A stretch of 64,000 nt of DNA from Vicugna vicugna (Eukaryota). Shown here one piece after another: positions 51,365 to 64,000 of the stretch (positions within the stretch are counted from its first letter, which is position 1; each line of letters starts with the position of its first letter). A program made the translations under genes and the position numbers. The notes beneath the pieces are model-generated. The model was not told the DNA's origin. It worked only from the letters and a program-made list of their open reading frames with translations, and ran no database searches. Location: contig MU058584.1 in assembly GCA_013265495.1 (NCBI GenBank), positions 5,586,508 through 5,650,507 on the forward strand, read 5' to 3'.

Positions 51365-51935
51365 AAGCGAAGCAAGGCGCAATAACCAGGCTTCCTCGCC
51401 AGCGCCAGGCTCCGTGGACTCCAGACTCGTAAAGATGAGGCGCCAACAGGAAGGCCCTTCATTCGCTTCTCCACCCTGCTTTCCTCCCAGCTGTCCCAGA
51501 CATTTACCCCTTTACCCTCTCTCCCACCATATCTCCGCATCATCCTTCCCTTCGCTCCCTCTGTATCCCCTCCTGCCTGTGTAAGACGCAGCGGCTTGGG
51601 GTCACAAAGATGGCCCGGGAAGTTCTCCTCTCCTCCTCTTTCTAAGCTCTGACAATGAGGCGAGGGAGACCCCAGCACCTGCTGCCACAGCAGCCGGGAC
51701 CCGGCTGCCATGGCAACGGCGCGTCTCCGCCTCCTCCATCCGGGCCTCTCTCACTACACGGGCCCGGTGGACTGCGCAGGCGCAGACGACAGACTGCGCA
51801 CACCTGCCCCTCGAGGCGCTCCTCCTGCTGCCGGCAAGGGACGTCCCTGCCTGTGGTTGTCGCGGGGACGACCAAGAAACCCATGCATCTCGCACAAGTC
51901 TCGGTGCCATTAGTAAGAACTGGGGAAAGACGACT
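51365..51935 (-). promoter_or_regulatory. CCDC181: CCDC181 CpG-island promoter and first exon (candidate donor CAG|gtgctg at 51679/51678)
   Basis: CpG island about 5 kb upstream of coding exon 1; NRF1-type TGCGCAGGCGCA at 51773-51784; X-box at 51704-51717. Confidence 0.8.
51704..51717 (-). promoter_or_regulatory. Near-perfect RFX X-box GTTGCCATGGCAGC
   Basis: 13/14 match to the palindromic consensus GTTGCCATGGCAAC; CCDC181 is a flagellar/motile-cilia gene. Confidence 0.8.
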
Positions 51936-52834
51936 CTCTTGATAATGAGTTTTCCCACGTGTAGCTAGCTGTCTGTCTCCACATAGGGACTTAGTTATAA
52001 CAACTTCTAGAAATGTCTTTCTCTGTTATTTTCTTCGCCGGTAACGTCAAAAAGCAGTTTCAGCTTTCACTAATAAACACATCGCTAATTAGTTAACAGA
52101 TGTTTGACCGAACGTTCCCCCTACTCTCCACCCCCAATCAAAACCTTTAGTGCCCAGGAGAGTGGTCAAAGGAAACAGGATGTTTGCTCCAGCTTTCAAG
52201 CATGTCAAAATGATCAACTGGAATTTTCTAGAATCCTCCCTAATATATAATATTTTATGTATTTATGTATAATCGTCTTTATGTATGAAGAGGAAGAAAG
52301 GTGATCTTTAGATTGGGGTGACAAATAACAAGATTTTAGGAACTGTCCATTCCCCACCAGAAATAAAACAGAGAAATGAAAATACTTCCAAAGTACAAGC
52401 CATAATTTTCAGATTTTTTTGGTTTATTATTAGAATTTCTGTCATTTGGTAAAATAGAGTGCATCTTTTCAACAAAGAGGGGCAATGTAAAATTGAATTA
52501 AGTATTCTCCAAACTGTGGACTAAATTTAAAAAGTTGAAAAGATTTGAGGTTAAAATGAATTACAGTATTGACTGCACTTCCTAGCTACAATGTAGAACT
52601 TAGAATGACCTAATGTTTCTTCTACTGCAGGACTTCGGTCTTAGGCCAAACACTTGAAGAAGACAAAAAATACAAAATTATCGACTGTTGAAGGTCAAAG
52701 GAATTTTAGTCAAATCTCCTTTAATGAGCAGTAATTGGTAGTAATTTAAAACTAAAATAGACCTTAGGTAACTGACCTCACAGTTGAATATTTTTTCCAC
52801 TGACCCTCCTAAATACTTAGAATGTTTTGGCAAA

Positions 52835-53240
52835 TATTAATGGGATATTAGCACCATTGTTTATAATAACCAAAAAGCAGAAAAAACCCAAATGTCCAAC
52901 AAATGATGAATGGATAAACAAAAGGTGGTATATCCATATAATGTAATAATTTAGCAGTAAAAAGGAATGAAGTACTGGTAAATACTACAACACGGATGAC
53001 TTTGAAAATATAAATATTACGTTAGGTGAGAGAAGCCAGACACAGAAGACCACATATTGTGTGATTCCGTTTATATGAAATGTTCGAAAGAGGCAAATAA
53101 ACCTATAGAGATAGAAAGTATATTAGTGGTTGGGGTGGGGGCAGGTGCATCATGCTTTTGGCTGAAAATGGGTGGTTAACTGGTAAAGGGCAAATTGTAT
53201 GGAATGAATTTACATGTCAACAATAAAGATATTACCAAAA
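52835..53240 (+). mobile_element. Old L1 3'UTR fragment
   Basis: cccaaatgtccaacaaatgatgaatggataaacaaaaggtggtatatccatataatg...agaagccagacacagaagaccacatattgtgtgattcc. Confidence 0.85.
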
Positions 53241-54482
53241 AGTTAAAATGAAATAGTGGACAAACCATAACTGGAGAGTTGAAACTAATTTAGAAATGAG
53301 TTTTCAAGATTAATTAATATATAGAACCTGTCTGCTGTGATTAGCTTATAGAAGATTTAATTTCTAAGTCTAGTTGCCCTACTTATAAAATAGAGATAAT
53401 AATACTTGCCTCTAGGATTATGAGGATTAAGTGAGGTAATCTATGTTCTTAGCACAGTGCCTCATGTATACAAAGTGCTCAATAAATGGTGCCTATTATA
53501 ATTATGTAGTTTTCCACAAGATTGGAAGTCCAAATATTTTTAAATATCCAAAATGAAAATAAGAAAAAAAAGTATTATGTATTGAATTTTCAGGAAAAAT
53601 ATTCTCTACATATCAAATAGTTTTTTAAATATAAAAGATCTAGATTTTTAATGTATTAATTTTAAAGAAATGTATGTTAAATATTAGAATTATAGCACCC
53701 TTGCGTTATGTAACCGAATAAGCATTAAAAGAGGAATAGATAGGTGTAAAATTCAGAAACATGTCCCATTTAAGTGGAAGTCAGAGTTCCAGTTACTTCA
53801 ACCACCTAGAAAAATCCAGTTGCAAACAAGAATAAGTGTAAAAGGCTTGAAAGTAATAATAAGTTGTTACAAAGTTTGTGATCTAAGTTTCAACAGTTAG
53901 TTGTAGGAGAGTCTCTTACAGTCCTTAGTTTAGTTTATTCTAATAAACTCAGGTCCCCTGAGTTCCCAGCCTAGAAATTAGAGTGTGATCATTTGAAAGG
54001 AAGGGAAATGGAAGAGGTGGGCTGTTAACAGAGGGTACACTGACACAGAAAAAGAAAAACAAAACTGGAGGGATGACAGACTAACATGCAGAGGGAAAAA
54101 ATAAAAAGAATTCAAAGCAGAGACTACTTGGAATAAAATTGAACTCTTTGATCAAAGCACAAACACTAAATTGCAGCGCTGCACAGGAACTCACAATCTG
54201 TAGTGATAAACCTGAACTACTACAAAAAGTTTATTTCACTATCATCTATTTAAGAAGGCAGAGAAATGTTAGGGTTTTAATAATTTCATTCAGTTTTTCC
54301 TGTTCAGTTCCTTCCTGACAGCCTGCCTGGAAGATGAATAATTCCTAATCTCTGTATGAAGGAGCTGACAGATTTAAAAGGGAGAGAGGCTTAAACAAAG
54401 GGAGCACAGTATGACTCACAAGGTGCAGATTTAGCTCAGGAGGGATTAATTAGGAAAACAGTGACAATAAAAAACCTTCTGC

Positions 54483-54623
54483 GGGGGGGGGGGTATAGTT
54501 CAAGTGGTAGAGTGCCTGCTTAGCATGCACAAGGTCCTGGGTTCAACCCCCAGTGCCCCCTCTAAAAATAGGCAAATAAGTAAACCTTAATTACCCTCTC
54601 CAAGAAACACATAAGCACTTTTT
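54483..54623 (+). mobile_element. tRNA-Ala-derived SINE with TSD
   Basis: TSD aaaa(a/g)ccttctgc at 54470-54482 and 54624-54636. Confidence 0.9.
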
Positions 54624-55081
54624 AAAAGCCTTCTGCAAAGTATTTGTATCAATCCAGACATCAATTGTGCAAGAAGGGTAGGTAGGTCATTGTACATAGA
54701 GATGACAGCACTCAGGACGACATGGAGGCATAAACTAATTTACTCTGGGAGCTTTAGGTAATTCAGACTTGCTGACTGAATTCTAACAAGCAAGTTGGGG
54801 TATGGCATGAGATGAAACCTACCCCTCATTGCCTATGACAGCCTCTGAGATATCTTCAACGTATTGTGAAAAACACTGCAATATTATCTGTGAACAAACA
54901 TTTCCATTAAAATTAATAATGTCCTTGGGAAAGTTAAGTGCCTTATTCATTTCTTCAAAACTGGGAATTTTAGCAGAGTCTGAGTTTTAGATATTTCTGT
55001 GTATTTAGCAATATTGGCATTTAAATATTTAGTAAATATTTCTTGAGTTTATATAACCGAATAAACTAATTTCGTTGTGAA

Positions 55082-55879
55082 TATTAACTGAACTGGGATT
55101 CAGCAGCTCACCACTCAAAAGCCAATAATTCGAGAGCAAAGTGTCAGTAGAAAGGAAAGGCGCCTCAATCAGAAAAGCTGGCGATCTGGGGAAACATTGG
55201 ACTCGATGTCCAGAGACCATCTCGGAAGATTCTGCTCAGCCCTGAAAGTTTTTTAAAAGGAAAAATGGAGAAGGGAAGAATTTGAGTCAGGTGGTTGGAT
55301 TCTGCATCACCCTCCACTGCGTACAGGCTGGCTGACTCTCTTCAGATGTTATCTTGCTCCGTGCTCTGCCTGTAGGATTGCTAAGGGGAATACTGGGGAG
55401 AGAGAGCTAATCACTCTTTAACTGCTTAATTCTTCATTCTTACTTCTTTTTATCTAGGAAGAGAATCAACAGGTTAAACAAGGCGTGATGTGCATTTAAG
55501 GAGAGCGTACGTTAGAAGTTAGTTTCAATTGCTTAGTGATCTCATTCCTATATGAGGTTCTTTCAAGGTTAGAGGTGGACAGAAATGCGTAAACAGGAAA
55601 GGGGCAAAAGAGCTGTTTTCAATTCCCCATTGTCAAACATCATTCCATTCTCTTGAGGCCAGTTCTTTGAATTTGGCTAGCCATAGTTTCAGAGGTGCTC
55701 AGGATGGAGCAGCTATGTTAGTTACAGTTAGCTTTTTTTCCGTCTGGTGGCAGTTATAGTACATGTGAAACAACTCAGGAGTGTGCATCAGACACTGAGT
55801 CTGTGACTCTATTGTGCTGATCATTAACTGCTCCGTTTTGTACTTGGGTGGGGAGCCTGCAGTGTTCTGCTCAGTTCCA
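55082..55879 (-). mobile_element. ERV1-type solo LTR
   Basis: Minus strand begins TGGAACTGAGCAG and ends in a U5-like segment (ttattggcttttgagtggtgagctgctgaatcccagttcagttaata); no clear TSD. Confidence 0.65.
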
Positions 55880-56199
55880 TAAGTAGCGTCAATCATATAA
55901 TTTATATAATCAATTTTATAATTTCCTCCTAATGCAGTATCAGGAAGCCAAAGGTTAGTGCAGGGATTAGTGTTTTGATGATCAGGGAGGAAAAAGGAGT
56001 AAGTTTACAAAATAGGGCATCTTAGAAAGTGCCATTAGAGAACAGGACTGGCATGTAAGTGAGGAGGGAATGATGAGGGAATGCTAATGACACATTTGGT
56101 AATTTTAGAGTTCAGCAGGTCACTTTACCCTCTGTCTCTCCTTATACATGCCATTTAAACAATCCCATTTGCAGTTGTATCAAAAAAAAAAGATATTTA

Positions 56200-59100
56200 A
56201 GAATAAATCTGTTGAGAATGTTTGTATCAATGCTGAAGAAAGATCTTAGTCTGTAGTTTTTCTTTGTTGTTGTGTTTATTTGTTTTTGGCATTAGGGTAA
56301 TGCTGGTCTCATAGGATGAATTAGGAAGTGTTCCTTGGCATCTATTTTCTGGAAGAAATTGTGGAGAACTGGTATTATTTCTGCCTTAAATATTTAATAG
56401 AATTCATCAGTGAAACCGCCCAGGCCTAGTGCTTTCTACTTTGGAAGGATATTAGGGATTCAATGTCTTTAATAGTTATAGGCCTGTTCAGATTGTGTTT
56501 TTCAAAAGGTTAGTTCATTTCATCTAAGTTATCAAATATATGGACATAGAACTGTTTATAGTATTTCTTTGTCATTCTTAAGTGTCCATTGTATCAACAG
56601 TAATAATCCCTCTTTCATTTCTGACATTGGTAATTTGTGTCTTCTCTTTTTTTCTTAGTTAGCCTGGCAAAAGGTTTATTGATTTTACTGATCCCTTTTA
56701 TTGATATCTTAACAACTTTTTTCATTAATTTTCCCTATTGGTTTCCTGTTTCAGCTTCATTTTTTTCTGCTCTTTCTAAAACTCTTTCTTTTCTTCTTCT
56801 TGCTTTAGTTTCTTAAGGTGGACGTTTAGATGATTGATTTTGGATCTTTCTTCTTTTCTATTATGTCTTTAATGTCATAAGCTTTTATCTAAACATTGCT
56901 TTTGCTGCATCATGCCACTTTGGCTAAGTTGTATTTTCATTTCAAAACATTTTCAAATTTCTCTTAAGATTTTATTTGACACATATGTTATTAGAAATGT
57001 GTTTTTTAATTTTCAAATATTTGGAGGTTTTACAGGTATATTCCTTTTATTTATTTCTAGTTTAATTCTATTGTGGTAAGAGAATATAATTTTGTATGAT
57101 TTCTACATTTTTGAATTTGTAAAGCTGTGGTTTATAGCTCAGAATGAGGCCTGCCTTTATCTCATTCAAGTAAGAAAAGAATGTGCATTCTGCTGTTGTT
57201 GGATGGACTATTCTATAAATGTCAATTAGATTAAGTTGATTTATAGTGCTCTTCAGGTCAGCTATATCTTTACTAATTTTCTGCCTGTTTGACTTAACAG
57301 TTATTAAAAAAGGATGTTGAAGTATTTAACTATAATAGTGTATATTTCTATTTTTCCTTTCTGTTCTCAGTTTTCACTCATGTATTTTGATACTCTGTTG
57401 TTAACGGCATTCACATTAAGGATTGTTATGTCTTCTTGGAAAATCTGCCTCTTTATCATTATGTAATGCCCCTCCTTATATATAATAATTGTTCTTGTTC
57501 TGAATTCAGTTTTGTCTGAAATCAATAGAGCTACTTCAGCTATTTCAACTTCCTTTTAATGTCTGTTAGCAGGGAAATCTTCCCCCAGCACTTTGTTTCT
57601 AATCTGTGTATATATTTATTTTTTAAAGTGGGTTTCTTATAAATAACACATAGCTGGGTCTTTTTTTAATCCATTCTGACAATCTCTGTACTTTAAGTGT
57701 TGTATTTAGACCATTTACGTTTAAACAGTTATTGATACAGTTGATTTAATACCCACCGTGTTTGTTATTGCTGTCTATTCATTGCATTTGTTCTTTGTTA
57801 CTTCCCCCTGTCTTTTTCTGTGTTCCCTGGTTTTAATTGAGCCTTTTTTAATTGTCTGTTTTATCTCTTCTCTTGGGATAGGAATTACACTTTTTCAAAA
57901 AAAATTTTGGTGGCCATCCTAGAGTTTGCAGTATATTTTTAACTAATAATAAAACTAATTTCAAATAACACTATTGCTTCACATGTAGTGTACATACATT
58001 TCTTAGAGTTTCCATATATCTGCTTATGTTACCCATCTCTTCATGCATGTTGTCTTACTTTTCATTAGAGCCCTTAACATATTGCCCAGAGCTAAATTCC
58101 CATTCTGATAATTCCAATGTCTCTGCTGATCTGGGTCTGGTTCTGTTGCTTTGTCTTTTCAGACTATATTTTTTCTTACCTTTTAGCATGACTTCTAAAT
58201 TTTTATGTTGAAATCCAGGCATGATATATCAGATAATAAGGGCTGAAGTAAATAGGCGTTTAGTGTGAGAGTTTATGTTTATCTCGCTAGAAGTTGGGCT
58301 ATGTTTAATGTTTTCTGTAGCTGCAGGTGCCTTAGGGTTCAAATTCCCCTAATGTCCTTCTGTTTCTCTCTCTAGTTTTGGGCCTCCGTAAGAACTCCTC
58401 AGAGAGACTGTGTCTTGCAGCTCCTTCAGTTACAATTCACTGTTACTATACTGGAGCCCTGTTGTTATGGTGATAGTTTTGGAGGTAGAGACTCATTCTA
58501 TAATCTTATGATTAAATATCAGTCTTTTAGTGGGCCTGTGTCCCTGGGCTATGACCTTCACAAGTGTTTCTTAGCTTCCTTCTCTATTTAGGTCAAATAG
58601 AAGGGCTAGAGGGAGCTGGAGTTCAGGAAATGCCTTTCCCTCACATAAGATAAGGCTCTGGGAATGTCTTTTCCCCTGTAGATTAGGCCTTTGTTATGGA
58701 GACTGTCTAGGCTTATTTCACAATGGTTACTTACTGCCTCTATCTACCGAACTTTTTCATCTTCCCCAAATGAAACTTTGTACCCATTAAACATAACTCC
58801 CCACTTCCTCCTCTTTCCAGCTCCTAGCAACCACCATTCTACTTTCTGACACTACATAATCTTTTGCATCAGGCCTCTATCACTAACATAATGTTTTTAT
58901 TGTTCATGTATTATGTAGTACGCATCAGGATTTTGTTCCTTTTCATCACAGAATACTATTCATTGTGTGGCTATTACCACATTTTGTTCATTCACTCCCT
59001 GGTTGGTAAACATTTGGGTTGTTTCTGCTTTTGACTATTATAATTAATGGTGCTATAAAACTTTGTGTACAAGTCTTTGTGTGGACCCGTTTTCACTTCT

Positions 59101-59530
59101 CCTAGTTAGATTTCTATGGGGGAAATTGTTGGGCTGTATGTAATTTTTAAGAAACTACCAATCTGTTTTCAAAAGTATCTGTATTTTGTTACATTTCCAC
59201 CAGTAATGTATGAGAATTCCAGTTTCTACACAGCCTTACCAACACTTAGTATTTTCTGCTTTTTAAATTGTAACTTTTTAGAAGGTGTGTAGTAGTACCT
59301 CATTTGCTATTAATTTTCATTTCCTTAATGCTGACAATTTTAAGCACTTTTCATATATTTGTTAGTCATTAGTATGTCTTCTTTGATGATATGTCTATTC
59401 AAGTCTTTTGTCCATTTTTATATTGGGTTATTTGTTTTATTATTGAGACTCTTTATATATTCTGGATACAAATTCTTTATCAGATATATGATTTATAAAT
59501 ATTTTCCCCAGTCTGTGACTTATCTAATCT
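56200..59530 (-). mobile_element. Old L1 fragments (ORF2 5' part, 5' region, and a separate 3' end at about 58750-59530)
   Basis: T-rich antisense L1 motifs (ttttggcattagggtaatgctggtctcataggatgaattaggaagtgttcc; ctctttatatattctggataca). Confidence 0.8.
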
Positions 59531-61120
59531 TGCTTTTGGTTTTATGTGTTCCTTTGTTTTTCTTCATTAATCCACCCACCAGCTCAGCCTTCAGATGGTT
59601 TATAAATCAGCATTACCTCTAATCCAGTGGGAAATTTTCCAAGGGAGAATTGAATTCCAGAAACTCCTACCTCTGCATCCAGTCTCAGCTGAGCTGGAGC
59701 CTTTCCTACAGCACCATGGCACCTGTCACAACCTGAGGCAGAATTCTTTTCTAAATTGTTAATATCTGTACATAGCAGACAATTTAGCAGACTTTGAAAT
59801 CAATCCACACATATATTAAGAGCTTCTCTAGTATGTATTTTAGCCCTCGCTGAAATAGATCACAGATTATCAGTAATAAAGCCAGAATTTTCTTCAGTCA
59901 TGACCTTTGCACACTCAAGATCTAAACTATAGTTTCCAAAGATATTTCTTCCATAAATTCATATCATCTTTAGCAAAATTTGTGAACTTTAGGAAGACTT
60001 AGAAATTTCCACTTTAATCAGTTAATTCAATGAACATTTATAAGGTGTTGTGCTAGGTACTAAGAGACAAACAATGAACAGAACAAGTTCTTGCTTAAAG
60101 TGGCGATTATATATATAACATACAAATAACTGCAATGCATAGCTAAGTGTATATGTGGTAGTGTAGAAACATTGGTTGAAGGCTGCCTATAAAAAAGTGG
60201 CATTGGAGCTAATATTGACAAATGATTTGGACACCAAAGGGGGATGTGGGGGTGAGAGCATCCCAGGCACAGAGACTGGCATGTGCAAAGGCAAAGAAAC
60301 TGAGGCTCCAGAGGAAGGTCAGTAGCACACAGCATGGGTTCTGGAATAGGGTAGGATGCTGTAGTGAAACAAAGCTGGAAAATCAGGTAGGGAAAGGCTG
60401 TAAAGAGTCTTAATTGCCACCCATTAGAGGTTTATTGCCCAGCTACTCTTCCTAACATTGCTAGATAATCTGAGGGAATGGTTCTCAAATTTTTGTATTT
60501 GTATCATCCCACAATTACTATTCTATCAAAAGACAGATCTTCCACTTAATAGTAATCAAATTCTAATTTTTATGAGGACATTAATGAATTCACAGTTACC
60601 ATATTTGTCATTTATAATTAATTTAAAAGACATTAAATATGCAACTTGGTGTGGCTGACAGTAAATTTTACCTGTGTACTTTTAAAAAGATTATTTAAAA
60701 AAATTACAATAATGGAAATTTTAATACTTCATGATAATTTCTCAGATTGTCTTCCCTTCAGATGATATTTTATTCAAGAATACTTCAGGTGTGTTATTAT
60801 GAGACTCACTTTAATGAAATCTACTAGCTGTGTACCAACTTGTAACATACTGTATTTATGGTTTTTTGTGAATCATTAGGTTTGTTTAAAAAGATGGCCG
60901 TTGTATAGGTACATTTCTGGGTTTTACTGGGGGCTTGGGGAGGTGACTTTAAAACTCCCCCAGACAGAAAAATAATGGCTTGTTAGGAGTAGGTTCTGTG
61001 TTAGTGTAAGTTACTGTTAACTGTGTTTGTTTACTGTAAAGGTGGGTGGTTAATATTCAGTGCACTTTTCAATAAAAAGTAATAACAATTTCTAAGTCCT
61101 CAAATTCAAGAACATCTCAC

Positions 61121-61577
61121 TGTCAATGAAAAATTAATCAGTCAACCTAAGAAAGAAGTGGAAAATTTTATTTGAGCCAAATTTGAGGATTATAACCTGG
61201 GAACAGCATCTCAGAAAGCTCCGAGAACTGTTCCACTATTAGAAGTCAAGGCACTGTCATGTAAGTTTTTTGAGACAGAGGGCTATGCATTAAGTGACAA
61301 TTATTGACAGTTTAAACAATCCAGATCTAAATATCATCGTGGCCCCTTACAAGATCAGGAAGGAATGTTATCTTTTAAGGAGCTGTCTTGTTGATGTTGG
61401 GAGAATGTTGCTCTTTATGGTTGAGCAGGTATTTCTGCAGATGGGGGAGGTTTGCTCGATGGGTAGTGCAGACACACACTGTACAGCAGGGGGAGAGAGG
61501 AAGCCAAAGGGCAGAGGAGATTTTTTGTGTTTAAATTTTTCTTGTCTTGCCCTATAATGTGAATTTTCTATTTCACA
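61121..61577 (-). mobile_element. ERV1 solo LTR, 457 bp
   Basis: TG...CA termini, perfect 4-bp TSD TCAC (61117-61120 and 61578-61581), AATAAA on the minus strand near 61170. Confidence 0.88.
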
Positions 61578-62199
61578 TCACCAATGTAAAAATTATCTAC
61601 TTGAGATGTTAAAAAGCGACTGAATTTTCAACTAACCAATCTGTAATTCCATTACTCCTGAGTTCAAACATAAACAATTGTTGTTCTCTGCCTATTCCAT
61701 AACCAGATTTAAGAATATTGACAATTACATCATATGGTAAAAACTGACTTTGAGTGGAAATTAGCATAAATTTTGCTGTTACGATCACTTAAAGCACAAA
61801 GATAAGTAACCTACAGTAGCACTGTTAATAAACGAGGTTCCTTAGAGGTGGCACAGAAGTAGAAATCCTATCGGCTGAGCATTTGAAATGTGTAACTACT
61901 TTTACTCCCACCTTTATTTGGCCTAATGTGGCAGTGAACTAAAATAACTTTGATAAGGAGAGAGGAAGGTGTTTTAATGGTTACCATTCTCTTTTTGTCT
62001 TCTCCTTTTAAGGGCGCAAGAAAATGTAGAGCGAAATGAATCATTTCTGTCCTAGGTTCTACTCCATTCCCTGGTTCTAGGCTAAACAACCCTCAGGTAA
62101 CAAGTCTAAATGAATGACCGACTTCACAAAGAACTGCACAATACCCGAACTGGTGCAATAAAGAAGGCATGAGAAGATGGGGAGAAATACTGTCAGTAG

Positions 62200-62770
62200 G
62201 ATTTGCGATAAAGAAGCCAAGGAGAGAGTGAAAGAAAAACAGGAGTCAAGGATGACTTAATGCTTTTGTTTAGCTTGTGCAAGTGAGAGAAGGACATGGC
62301 CCTTTCCTGAGATCTAGAACATTTGTTTTTCAGTTCTGTTGTGATTAGGTAGGCAGTCGGGTAGAGATGGAACTGAGTAGCAGGAGATGCTATGAGTCTG
62401 CAATTCAGAGAAGTGGACAAGGATATATATAGAAGACACAAAAGGAGGGGATGTAGATGAGTTGGGAAACAAAAATTCAGAGAATTAAGCTTCAGGCTGT
62501 TCCAACATTTAGCTGTCAGGAAGAAGACGAAGAACCAGTAACTCACTGGTGCAACCAGTGAGTTATGGAGGATCAAGAGAGAGTTGTGTTCCAGAAGCCA
62601 AGGGAAGGACTTGTTTAAAGAAGGGATGTTCTCTGTGTCAAATGCTGCTGAAACACCAAATACAATGAGGACCAAGAACCACTGTTTTGATCCTAAACAA
62701 AGCAGATGAGAGTAAGTAGAGACAGCAGTACTGACAGTTCTCTTCAAGGCATACTACTGAAAAGGCAACG
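62200..62770 (-). mobile_element. L2 fragment (another at about 60020-60420)
   Basis: ggagtcaaggatgac...ccagaagccaaggg...ctgtgtcaaatgctgctga motifs. Confidence 0.72.
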
Positions 62771-62809
62771 AGGAAATAGGACTTAAGGTGCAAGAATAGG
62801 GAGTTTCAA

Positions 62810-63090
62810 GCAGAGGAGGATTTATCGTGAAGCTAATAGAGCTTATGTTTCAGTGCTTCTCATTTGTGCCAGCTCCTTCTGTGGCCCTAGGAGGGGCCCT
62901 AACAGTGTGTTTCTTTGAAAACATGCTTTTGTAAAATTTCCCCAAATAAAATATTTTAAGTACAATAAACCAGTACCTCCTTCCATTCCAACTTGCCTCT
63001 ATTGAATGTTCCCTACTTTTGGCCGGCTGCAGACACCGCTGATATTTGAGTCAAGGAGAGTTAGGAATATATGTAATTCAGGTTTATGTT
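62810..63090 (+). mobile_element. hAT-Tip100 (Zaphod-like) fragment
   Basis: Starts cagaggaggatttatcgtgaagctaatagagcttatgtttcag...ggccctaggaggggcccta. Confidence 0.65.
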
Positions 63091-64000
63091 TTGTTTTAAT
63101 TTTGAACAACAAAAATATTTTCAAGTATAACAAAAACTGAACTGAGAATTCTTTTCCTTTGTCTCTACCACTTAAATCCTGAAAATCTTGAGTGAGAGAA
63201 AATAAAATTACCTATCCAAGTATTGTTGCAAATTTCTGATCACTAAGTTCTAAACCAGTGCAGTTATTCTTGGCTGTAGTCTAGATGTGTTGATAATTTT
63301 CATTTTTTTGAAGAAATATGCAAGCACGTGAAGCAAAAAAATTTGAGAAAGAATGTAAGGATTTAAAATAAGAAATGCTATGAGATAGTAATGACTCAGC
63401 AAAATATGCATCCCTTTACTGTAAATGTCAACTCTATCAAAGAGTTCTAAACATAGAATTAGCAAAGAGGTTATATTTCCATTAGAATTTTTAAGACTTT
63501 CTGAAATAACCAGACAACCATAATTTGGTTAATAGTAATTTGAACCGCTCAGTGGCAAACCAGCATCCCCGTAAAAATGTAGTAGTGTATGAACAATACA
63601 ATTTGACTGCAGGTTGATGCGCATTAGATAGTAATAAGTACGAAACTTCTGTTTATTTCCAGAAATCTCTAAATGAATTTTTATAAACTGCTGGATTTTT
63701 TATACAGCCCTTTCCTAGTGTAATGCATGAATACATGGTCATTCAGCCTCTCCTAGAAGAACACGAGGGACGCAGAATCTGCCACTTTCACAGGGGGCCC
63801 GTATTTTTGTTGCTTACTGTGCTTCACATTGTGGTGAGGGGCGCCGTGACGACAAACACGGAGCAGAATCTATAACCTTAGAGATAGTGCGCACAAACCC
63901 ACTCTCCTTTGGGGTGTTACTCTTCTCCCTCCTTCCCTCCTAGTTCTCATCTTTTGTTTTGTGCAGACAATTTGGAGGTGGGGACCGGCACTAACATAAA

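Noticed and set aside
51333..51958. Cluster of 67-118 aa ORFs at the CCDC181 promoter
   Set aside because: CpG-island artefacts; 51358-51711 is just the unspliced extension of the X-box uATG discussed in findings.
61841..61855. Partial CTCF-like motif (aggtggcac)
   Set aside because: The 5' half of the core consensus does not match.
62193..62747. 184-aa ORF (also 9604-10086, 31399-31854 and 18943-19311)
   Set aside because: All lie within degraded L2 sequence, have Leu/Ser/Phe-rich composition and no recognisable domain.

Overview
Mammalian genomic DNA, most likely camelid: it carries five tRNA-Ala(AGC)-derived SINEs and a young L1 family, with no Alu, B1/B2 or Bov-A/BovB elements recognised. 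Gene order is NME7 (exon 1 only, minus strand) head-to-head with BLZF1/Golgin-45 (plus strand, 6 coding exons, 401 aa reconstructed), which is convergent with CCDC181 (minus strand, 5 coding exons, 509 aa reconstructed). The rest is introns and intergenic DNA filled with L1, L2, MIR, CR1, hAT and LTR relics, an SNRPG processed pseudogene and a 5'-half tRNA-Gly(TCC) copy. I see no convincing new multi-gene system. The most interesting signals are cis-regulatory. (1) The CCDC181 RFX X-box contains a strong-Kozak upstream ATG whose frame depends on exon 2 inclusion, and a young L1 has inserted into the branch-point zone of that exon. (2) A perfect (C-T15)x4 tract ends in a cryptic AG just upstream of BLZF1 exon 3. 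(3) Two young L1 copies carry candidate short 3' transductions. Gene and repeat names come from recalled sequences, not database searches, and repeat boundaries are approximate.
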